From positions 20,143 through 44,142 of the forward strand of contig NZ_JBBMEU010000010.1 of NCBI RefSeq assembly GCF_040096415.1: 24,000 nt of DNA, in the 5' to 3' direction. The stretch comes from Megasphaera intestinihominis (GTDB lineage: Bacteria > Bacillota > Negativicutes > Veillonellales > Megasphaeraceae). The translations under genes were made by a program, and so were the position numbers. The notes under the pieces are model-generated. The model saw only the letters and a list, made by a program, of their open reading frames with translations. It did not search any database and was not told the origin of the DNA. Below are positions 7,419 through 15,284 of this stretch, in pieces (the stretch's first letter is position 1; each line of letters starts with the position of its first letter).

Positions 7419-8534
7419 TCACAAAATCGAATCGAGCTTCTTCATGGCTTCCCGATTGCGTTTATCCGTAATCGTATCGTAAATGTTCGCCGTCGTGGCA
7501 ATGGTAGAATGGCCCAGCCGCTTGGAAACGTAGTCGAGCTCGATATTGTTTTCCAGCATCATCGTCGCATGGGTGTGGCGGAAGGAATGGAAACTGCCGC
7601 CGCCGAATTCCTTTTTGCACCACATATTGAAGTACCGCATGTCATTGCTGTTCATGGGACGGCCGTCTTCACGGGTACAGACGAAATCGCTTTCGACGTA
7701 GTCGTCGCCGTAAAGACGATGGTTCTTGGCCTGCTGGGCCTTATGGCGGAGCAGGGCCTTGTATAAGGTTTCATTAAAAGGAATGGTCCGGACCGACGAC
7801 TTCGTCTTCGGCGTGGCCTTGCAGACGGGCACACCCTTTTTGTCATACAAGGTACTGACCACGGAAAGCGTGCGGTTTTCCATGTCGATATGGGACCATT
7901 GCAGGGCCAGGCATTCGCCGACACGCAGGCCAGTACAATAGGCAATCATGCACGGCGCATAATATTTATGCCCTACCGGGAAGGCATGGAAAATAATCTG
8001 TATCTGCTGATGTGAAAAGATGACCGGCTTTTTCCGGGGAATATCGAATTTCGGCATCTTGACGTTGGCCATGGGATTGATTTCGATATACTGGCGGTTG
8101 GAGACGGCCCAGCGCATGGCGTCGTTGAAGACCGTGAAAATAGATTTAACCGTTGACCGGGAATAACCATCCTCTTTCAGGCTGTTGATCCAGTCCTGGA
8201 TTTCTGCCGTCGTCAGCGCTTCCAGGGCATAATTGCCAAAACGGGCACCAATATGCCATTTAATGATGCCGGAATAAGAATCATACGTATTAGGGCCTAA
8301 ATTGATGCGCACATCCTTTTCCAGCCAGTCCCGCAAAAAAGCCATGACCTTGACTTCCGGCTTTTCCGGCAGCTCCCCGTCTTCATCCAGGGCTTTCATG
8401 GCCTGGCGATAGGCTTTCGCCGCCTGGGCATACGAAGTACCGCCGACGCGTTCCACACGCTGCCTTCCCTGACCATCTTCCGTCGGGACTTCAATCGTAT
8501 AATACCATTTCTTGCCTCGTTTTCGTAAATACAT
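7419..8534 (-). CDS. Tyrosine-type site-specific integrase (phage-integrase family)
   Basis: C-terminal catalytic region HSFRHTHATMML...LGHSTIATTANIY (H-x-x-R ... Y). N-terminus MYLRKRGKKWYYTIEV is typical of the family. AAGGAGG lies 8 nt before ATG 8534; the track start 8543 is a GTG abutting the RBS. Confidence 0.9.
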   Translation of the reverse strand: MYLRKRGKKWYYTIEVPTEDGQGRQRVERVGGTSYAQAAKAYRQAMKALDEDGELPEKPEVKVMAFLRDWLEKDVRINLGPNTYDSYSGIIKWHIGARFGNYALEALTTAEIQDWINSLKEDGYSRSTVKSIFTVFNDAMRWAVSNRQYIEINPMANVKMPKFDIPRKKPVIFSHQQIQIIFHAFPVGHKYYAPCMIAYCTGLRVGECLALQWSHIDMENRTLSVVSTLYDKKGVPVCKATPKTKSSVRTIPFNETLYKALLRHKAQQAKNHRLYGDDYVESDFVCTREDGRPMNSNDMRYFNMWCKKEFGGGSFHSFRHTHATMMLENNIELDYVSKRLGHSTIATTANIYDTITDKRNREAMKKLDSIL

Positions 8535-8714
8535 ATGCGGCACCTCCTTTGTTTACTATTGTACTATGAGAAAAGACAAGATGCAACAAACGTTCCTGTT
8601 GAATTTGCCAATTTAAGGAAAATAAAACAAGTTTCCCATGTGATTACTCACAAGATGATAAAAAACGTCTCATAAGGCCATTTATGAAAATTAGGCGGAT
8701 TTTTTTGCAAATAA

Positions 8715-8763
8715 AGAAACTATGTTCGACGAAACGATTATCCCTTTAGCGAACATAGTTTCT
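8715..8763. repeat. Perfect 14-bp inverted repeat AGAAACTATGTTCG-N21-CGAACATAGTTTCT
   Basis: Arms 8715-8728 and 8750-8763 are exact reverse complements. No adjacent U-run on either strand, so it is not an obvious terminator. Confidence 0.5.
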
Positions 8764-8843
8764 ATTTGCTTTATTGGGCCGATATGGTACAATAAAAATA
8801 GAGAATTAGCAAATTGTTGGATTCGGTAGAAGCAAAGCACAAT

Positions 8844-8861
8844 TTTTATGGAATATTTACG
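8844..8861 (+). repeat. Right copy of the imperfect direct repeat flanking the integrase
   Basis: See 7370-7387. The copies are 1474 nt apart and enclose only the integrase gene and its upstream spacer. Confidence 0.3.
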
Positions 8862-8918
8862 CTGTTTATACATTCCTTTGTTATACTGAAAAGACTAGCA
8901 CAGAAAAGGAATGATATC

Positions 8919-9584
8919 ATGAAGAAACTGACTTATGAAAATATTGCCCATGCCAAAGAGCTGAATGTTTATTTAGAACAGGGAAACCGGGTCCTCGATG
9001 CTCTGGGGTATACGGACCATTCGCAAAAGCATACGGCTAAAGTGGCCGTCACGGCCGGCAAAATCCTGAAGAAGCTCGGCTATGACGCCCACATGGTGGA
9101 ACTTGTGCGCATTGCCGGTTATATGCACGATTTGGGGAACAGCATCAACCGCGTAGACCATGCCCATACGGGGGCCCTCATGGCGTTCCATTTCCTGCGC
9201 GACTGGGGCGCACCACCAGAAGATATTGCTGCCATCATCTCGGCCATTGGCCAGCACGATGAACGGAGCGGCATCGCCTTTGACCCCCTGTCTGCCGCCC
9301 TTATCCTGGCCGACAAGAGCGATGTCCGCCGGGACCGCGTCCGCAACACCGTACCGGAAACCTTCGACAAACACGACCGCGTCAATTATGCTGCCCTGTC
9401 GTCGAAGCTCCACGTCGACACGCACAAGAAAGTCATTACCTTGAACATCGAGCTCGATGAATCGATTTGCTCCATGATTGATTATTTTGAAATCTTTTCC
9501 CAGCGTATGCTCATGTGCAAGCGGGCAGCCGAAGTTCTGGGCCTGCGCTTCAAACTTGTAGCCAATGGCAATAAAATTGCATGA
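8919..9584 (+). CDS. HD-domain phosphohydrolase
   Basis: 221 aa from ATG 8919, with AAGGA 8 nt upstream and TGTTATACT (extended -10) at 8878-8886. Motifs HSQKH, GYMHDLGN and GQHDE. Confidence 0.8.
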   Translation: MKKLTYENIAHAKELNVYLEQGNRVLDALGYTDHSQKHTAKVAVTAGKILKKLGYDAHMVELVRIAGYMHDLGNSINRVDHAHTGALMAFHFLRDWGAPPEDIAAIISAIGQHDERSGIAFDPLSAALILADKSDVRRDRVRNTVPETFDKHDRVNYAALSSKLHVDTHKKVITLNIELDESICSMIDYFEIFSQRMLMCKRAAEVLGLRFKLVANGNKIA

Positions 9585-9654
9585 CAGCTTCTAACTACAT
9601 ATAATTACCATAAAAAGTACATATTTCGCAGCTTATCGAAAAGAAGGCGACACC

Positions 9655-9700
9655 TAATTTTTAACATTTAGGCATGTTGCCTTTTTTTTCCATGATACAC
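9655..9700 (+). terminator. Intrinsic terminator after the HD gene
   Basis: Stem AAGGCGACACCTAA / TTAGGCATGTTGCCTT (one G-T pair, 2-nt bulge) followed by a T8 run. Confidence 0.75.
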
Positions 9701-9739
9701 TTATAATATAGTTTAAAACATGTTGTAGAGAAAGGAATC

Positions 9740-10947
9740 ATGCATATGCTACGTTATGGAAAAGGAACACTTCTCACTACGGTGATGGCCGGACTGCTGG
9801 CCCTGTCCCTGCTGACGGCAGGCTGCGGCAGCACGACACCGACTAAGAGTGCCGCTGTGTCGGTCAAGGCCATGAAAGTCCTCCAGCAGGATACGGCTGT
9901 GAGCCACGACTATTCGGGTCAGATCAAATCGACCAACGCCGTCACCATCAAGCCCCGCGTTTCCGGAGAAATCGTAGAGAAATACTTCACGGCTGGCGAT
10001 CCTGTTGAAAAGGGCCAGCCCTTGTATAAAATCGATGACCGCCAATATGAATCGGAAGTCCTCTCAGCCAAATCGAATGTCGACAAGGCCCGGACGACGC
10101 CAACAACTCCCTCGTCGACTTGAACCGTTATCAGCAGCTGGCAGCTTCCGGCGCCGTAGCCGAACAGACCCTGACCAACCAGCAGGCCACGGTGGACAGC
10201 AATCAGTCGAGTTACGACGATGCCAATACCCTCTTGCAGAAGGCCCAGGAAAACTTAGACGACACCATCATCAGGGCGCCTATTTCCGGCAAGCTCTCTG
10301 TGGACGACGTACCCAGCGGGACTTATGTCACGCCAGGCAACACGGCCCTGGTATCGGTAGGTTCGATCAATCCTATTTACGTCTAGTTCTCGATCAGTGA
10401 AAATGAATTCTTGAACTTCCGCATGGCCAATGACAATGAGCCGGAAGACCCTACGCCGCCGACGGCATCCCTGACTTTGAGCAACGGTAAGAAATACGAT
10501 GAAACGTCGACATCGTACCAGTTCGACCGGGAAGTGTCGGACAGTACCGGTACGATTACGGTCAAGGCTCTCTTCAATAATGCCGATGGCGTCCTCCTGC
10601 CGGGGATGTTCGCCCGTGTTACCATGGAAGGCCACCCCTTGAAGGATGCCATCCTCGTGCCTCAGCGTGCGGTCCAGCAGGTCCTGGACCAGTCCTTCGT
10701 CATCGTCGTCGGGAGCGATAATAAGTCCGTCGCCCGCGTCGTCACCTTAGGCGACCAGGTCGGCAGCTACTATATCGTCAAGAGCGGCCTCGATAAGGAC
10801 GATATCGTCGTCGTCGAAGGCCTGAGTAATCTGAAGGAAGGTCAGGACCTGGACGTCACCATGACCACGGCTGATGAATTGGGCCTGTCCCTGACGGCAT
10901 CCGATTCGTCGGCTTCGACTTCTTCCGTATCGCTTACGGCTAAATAA
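9740..10947 (+). pseudogene. RND efflux periplasmic adaptor (AcrA/MexA-type lipoprotein), broken by one frameshift and one in-frame TAG
   Basis: Lipobox LLTAGCGS. The three track ORFs (9740-10123, 10120-10386, 10411-10947) join into one adaptor. The frame changes near 10088-10096 (...SNVDKAR / DDANNSLVDLNRYQQL...). TAG at 10384-10386 interrupts the conserved NPIYV-x-FSISENEF block in frame. Confidence 0.85.
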
Positions 10948-10958
10948 GGAGGCGCGTC

Positions 10959-13900
10959 ATGTCTAGTTTCTTCATCCGACGGCCTATTTTCGCCATCGTC
11001 ATTTCCATCATCATCGTCATCCTGGGGGGCCTGTCCCTCCTGTCCCTGCCTATTGCCCAGTATCCGCAGATTTCGCCGCCGACGGTCAATCTGAGTACGA
11101 CCTACACCGGTGCCAATGCGACCATCGTCAATCAGACCGTCGCCCAGGTCATCGAAGACCAGCTCAAAGGCGTCGATGATATGTCCTATATGTCCTCGAC
11201 GTCGAGCAACGACGGTTCGTACAGCCTGTCCGTCGTCTTCAGCCTGGACAGTGACGGCAATACAGATGCCATCAACGTCCAGAACGACGCCAATCTGGCC
11301 AAGAACAGCCTGCCCAGCGACGTACAGACCCAGGGCCTGACCGTCCGCAGAGCCTCTGGCGACATGGTCCTCATGGCTAACATCTATTCGCCGAACGGGA
11401 CGTATAACCAGGCGTTCCTCAAGAATTATGCCGATATTTACCTGCTTGACAAAATCCAGCGCATCGACGGCGTCGGCAGTGTCAATACCTTCGGTTCCAG
11501 CTATGCCATGCGCGTCTGGCTCAATCCGGAAAAACTGGCCGAACGCGGCCTGACCGTATCGGACGTCATTGCGGCCATCAAGGAACAGAATATGTCGGCT
11601 CCGGCCGGGACCATTGGCAGCCTGCCGGCACCGGCGACACAGGAAAAACAGTACAGCGCCAAAGTCGAAGGCCAGCTGTCGACGCCGGAACAATTCGGCA
11701 ATATCATCTTGAAGTCTACCTCGAATGGCCAGTTCGTCTACCTCAAAGATGTGGCCAATATCCAGACGGGGACGCAGAACGAAAGCAGCAACTCCAAAAT
11801 CAACGGCAAGACTCAACGGCAAGACAGGGATTGGCTTCGGCATCCAGCTTTCCAGCGACGCCAACGCCCTGGACACGATTACGGAAGTCAAGAAGGTCCT
11901 GGAACAGGCCAAGGAAACCTTCCCGCCGGACCTGGATTATACCATTGTCATGGATAACACGAATTTCATCAACGCATCCATCAACGAAGTCAAAGATACC
12001 TTTGTCGAATCGCTGCTCCTGGTCATCCTCGTCGTCTTCGTCTTCCTGCAGAAATGGCGGACGACGCTCATCCCGGTCCTGGCCGTGCCGGTTTCTATCG
12101 TCGGGACCTTTGCGTCCTTTAAGGTCCTCGATTTCACCATCAACACCCTGACCCTTTTCGCCATGGTCCTGGCCATCGGCCTGGTCGTCGACGACGCCAT
12201 CGTCGTCATCGAAAACGTCGAAGAGCATATGTCCAAGGATAAACTGTCGGCCAAGGACGCGACGGAAGCGGCCATGAAAGAAGTCCAAGGGCCGATTATC
12301 GCCACGACTGCTGTCTTGGCCTCGATTTTCATCCCTGTCGCCTTCATCGGCGGCGTCACGGGCGTCCTCTACAAGCAGTTCGCTGTGACCATCACCATTT
12401 CCGTCGTCATCTCGGCTTTCGTCGCCCTGACCTTGACGCCGGCCTTATGCGGTGTTCTCCTGAAGCCCGATGATAAGGCCATCCAGGCCGGGCCGCTGGG
12501 TGCCTTCTTCCGCGGGTTCAACCGGGTTTTCGATCATTTCAAGGACCGCTACACGGGGAAAGTCGGCTGGATGATCCGTCATCTGAAATATGCCGCTGTC
12601 TTCCTCATCCTGGTCACGGGCCTTATGGGCATCTGCTACAAAGTTCTGCCGTCGACGTTCGTCCCCGACGAAGACCAGGGCGTGTTTATGGCCAGTATCA
12701 CCATGCCCGAAGGGAGAATCGATTATCGCCAAGTTCAATAAGACTGTCGTTCCCAACCATCCCGAAGCCCGCGTAGCGGCTTTCAATCTGGCATCCCTCC
12801 CCGGCATGGGCCAGGAAGGCGGCTGGACCATGCAGCTCATGGATAATACGGGCCTGTCCGATACGGAACTGGGCAATGCGGCCAACCAGGTCGTCGCCGC
12901 CTGCTCGCAGCGGCCGGAATTATCCGGTGTCCGCACGAGCTATGCCACCAATACACCGAGCGTGGCCTATACGGTAGACCGTGAAAAAATCAAGAATCTG
13001 GGCATCGAATTGTCCGACGTCTTCACGGCGCTCCAGACCAATTTCGGCGGTTCGTCGGTCAATGACTTCACCCAGTTCGGCCGGTCGTACAAGGTCATCG
13101 TCCAGGCCGACACGTCGTATCGCTCTCAGGCAGACAGTCTGAAATTCATTTCCGTCAAGTCGTCGTCTGGGAAAATGGTTCCCCTCGATACGCTGCTGAC
13201 CAGCTCCATGACCACCGGCCCGTCGTCGATCACCCGTTTCAACGGCGTCCGCAGCGTCACCATCCAGGGCAGCGCCGCCAGCGGCTACAGTTCCGGTGAA
13301 GCCATGGCAGCGGCCGAAGAAGCGGCCAAGAGCGTCATTCCGACGGGGATGACCATCGAATGGTCCGGCCAGAGCCGCGAAGAAAGCACGTCGTCCAGTT
13401 CGACGACGAAAATCCTGCTCATGGCCCTGGTCTTCGCCTTCCTCTGCCTGGCTGCCCTCTATGAAAGCTGGTCCATGCCGTTCGCCGTCCTGTTCACCGT
13501 ACCGACGGGGATTTTCGGGGCTGTCGGCTCGGAATACATCATCCGCCAGCTGGCGACCTTGTTCAACGCCAATGCCAGCGGCTTCTTGAACAGCGTCTAC
13601 ATGCAGATTGGCGTCATCATGATCATCGGCCTGGCGGCCAAGAACGCCATCCTCATCGTCGAATTCGCCAAAGAGCGTGTCGACAAGGGTATCGACCCGA
13701 TGGAAGCTGTCGTCATCGCCTCCAAGCTTCGCCTGCGGCCAATCCTCATGACGGCCTTTACGGCCATCATCGGCTGCCTGCCTCTGGCCTTTGCCAGCGG
13801 TGCCGGCGCCGGAGCCCGCTGCGGCATGGGCGTCGCCGTCGTCGGCGGCATGACCTTTGCCACCCTCTGCGGCCTGCTCCTCATCCTGGCGTTCTACATC

Positions 13901-13984
13901 ATTTCCGAAAAAATGGCCCGCAGCTTCTGGAAAGCCACAGGCCTGAAACGAATCAAATTCAAACACCGCATGTTGAGGCGGTGA
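10959..13984 (+). pseudogene. RND inner-membrane pump (AcrB/MexB family), broken by a 13-bp tandem duplication and an internal deletion with frameshift
   Basis: GGAGG RBS. N-terminus MSSFFIRRPIFAIVISIIIV. Family blocks FVPDEDQG, LCLAALYESWS, AKNAILIVEFA and RLRPILMT lie in three different frames (track ORFs 10959-11957, 11725-12741, 12590-13984). Confidence 0.9.
11800..11825 (+). repeat. Exact tandem duplication TCAACGGCAAGAC x2 inside the RND pump gene
   Basis: Copies at 11800-11812 and 11813-11825 are identical. Removing one copy restores ...SKINGKTGIGFGIQLSSDANALD... across the two ORF fragments. Confidence 0.9.
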
Positions 13985-14019
13985 AAAAAAAGCTTGTCGC
14001 ATGTGCGGCAAGCTTTTTT
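13985..14019. terminator. Bidirectional intrinsic terminator between the RND pump and the convergent nitrilase
   Basis: A-run, 10-bp stem AAGCTTGTCG / CGGCAAGCTT (one G-T pair), 6-nt loop, T6 run. Confidence 0.8.
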
Positions 14020-14020
14020 A

Positions 14021-14055
14021 AGTGGTTAGTAGCTAGTGGTTAGCGGATGGTAGAA
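14021..14055 (+). repeat. 7-nt-period array AGTGGTT AGTAGCT AGTGGTT AGCGGAT GGTAGAA
   Basis: TAG at 14027, 14034 and 14041, spaced 7 nt, so one falls in each reading frame. Sits immediately 3' of the terminator. Confidence 0.65.
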
Positions 14056-14075
14056 ACCTTCACGCGACGCCATCC

Positions 14076-14964
14076 CTACTCATGTACGATGAGTTCCAGG
14101 ATGTCTGGGCGGGTGTAGTGGCCGGCGGCGTCGAATTCCATGTGGCGCAGGACGACTTGGTCCATGTCCAGGTCGGCGTAGATGATGGCTTCCCGGTCCC
14201 AGACGGGCTCGGTGACGTAGTGACCGCACGGATCCGATGATGCAGCTGCCGCCGCGGCAGGCCGTGTCGTTCAGTTTGGCGACGGCCCCGCTTTCGACCA
14301 GGTCGGCCGGGTACATGTCCTTAGTGAAATACTGGTCGACGTTGAAGACGTAGCAGCGCCCTTCGATGGCGATGTGCTTGACCGTATCCTGCCATTCCGG
14401 GTTGTCATTGGTATTCGGTGCCAAATAGAGGCTGACGCCTTTCTGGTAGAGCGCCGTCCGGGCCAGGGGCATATAATTTTCCCAGCAGATGAGCGAGCCC
14501 ATGGGCCCCCACGACGTCTGGACCATGGGGAAATACGTCGACGGGTCATGAGAATCAGCCCAGATATAGCGTTCTGCCCCAGTCGGTTTGATTTTCCGAT
14601 GATGAGCCGCCAGCGTGCCGTCCGGTGCCAAGATGACATTGCTGCAATACAGGGAATACGTCGTTTCATCCCGTTCGGTAATACCCAGGCTGACATAAGC
14701 CCCGGCGGCTTTGGCCGCAGCGGCTACGTCCTGCAAATCCTGACGGACGACGACGGCCTGGTCATAATAGCGCTTCCAGTCGGCCCGTTCGGCTTCGGAA
14801 CGGCTGCCGACGGTAAAGCCGAAGGTCAGGCCATAGGGATAGCATGGAACCAGCGATTCGGGAAAGACGATGAGCTGTGCCCCATTCCGGCCGGCCTCCT
14901 CGATTTGATGGACGACTTTCTGCAGCGTCGCCTGTTTATCGAAGAATACAGGCGCAACCTGCAC
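14076..14964 (-). pseudogene. Nitrilase (carbon-nitrogen hydrolase superfamily) with a C-terminal frameshift and no canonical start for its conserved N-terminus
   Basis: Catalytic Glu-Lys-Cys context: FPE, HRKIKPT, LICWENYMP. After GGSCII the frame breaks at GGATCC (about 14235). The shifted frame reads DPCGHYVTEPVWDREAIIYADLDMDQVVLRHMEFDAAGHYTRPDILELIVHE, stopping at 14076-14078. Family-like KKKLRAAIVQVAPVFF extends upstream of the GTG at 14964 with no ATG, GTG or TTG. Confidence 0.8.
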
Positions 14965-14998
14965 GATAGCGGCGCGTAGTTTCTTTTTTAAAAAAATG

Positions 14999-15007
14999 TG
15001 CTATACT
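14999..15007 (+). promoter_or_regulatory. Extended -10 promoter TGCTATACT for the pab operon
   Basis: TG at 14999-15000 and TATACT at 15002-15007. The -35 region is weak. Confidence 0.45.
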
Positions 15008-15034
15008 GATTCAGTCCACAGTTTACGGACCGAT

Positions 15035-15082
15035 AAGGATAACGACTGTGCAGTTTTCGGGCTGCCGTCGTTATCCTTTTTT
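15035..15082 (+). terminator. Terminator-like hairpin in the pab leader, between promoter and RBS
   Basis: Perfect 12-bp stem AAGGATAACGAC / GTCGTTATCCTT (15035-15046 / 15067-15078), 20-nt loop, then a T-run. The pabA RBS AAGGAGGG starts at 15091. Confidence 0.6.
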
Positions 15083-15101
15083 GTATGATAAAGGAGGGCT
15101 T

Positions 15102-15284
15102 ATGTATTTGCTTATCGATAATTACGATTCTTTTACGTATAATTTGGCCGATTTAGTGGCGGAAACGGGATGCGACGTACAGGTCTGCCGCTGCGACCAG
15201 ATTGGGCGGAATGAGATTGCCGCTTTGAACCCGCAGGGACTGATTATTTCGCCTGGGCTGAAACGTATCTCAAAGCCTATTTGA
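15102..15284 (+). pseudogene. pabA: pabA/trpG-type glutamine amidotransferase, N-terminal fragment only (about 52 family-like residues)
   Basis: MYLLIDNYDSFTYNLADLVAETGCDVQVCRCDQIGRNEIAALNPQGLIISPG matches the N-terminus of class-I amidotransferase component II. It then runs into LKRISKPI-stop. The catalytic Cys-His-Glu region is absent. Confidence 0.75.

Noticed and set aside
7289-8918. tRNA or tmRNA integration target next to the integrase
   Set aside because: I found no T-loop (GGTTCGAATCC-like) or acceptor/CCA-like sequence in either spacer.
10384-10386. In-frame TAG in the RND adaptor as pyrrolysine or programmed readthrough
   Set aside because: The same gene has a separate frameshift and the partner pump has two lesions, so decay explains it. 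I see no context suggesting recoding.
10842-14011. Long antisense ORFs (10842-11912 minus, 12920-14011 minus) and many other overlapping ORFs inside real genes (e.g. 3507-4103, 5290-5823, 14374-14979, 17182-17694, 19008-19544, 22803-23315)
   Set aside because: These are shadow ORFs typical of GC-rich coding regions. Their products are Arg/Gly/Asp-rich and low in complexity. They lack RBSs, and the opposite strand carries clear family motifs.
15010-15100. THF (folate) riboswitch in the pab leader
   Set aside because: The leader is only about 85 nt and shows no resemblance to the THF aptamer sequence as I recall it. It is kept as an unexplained terminator-like hairpin.
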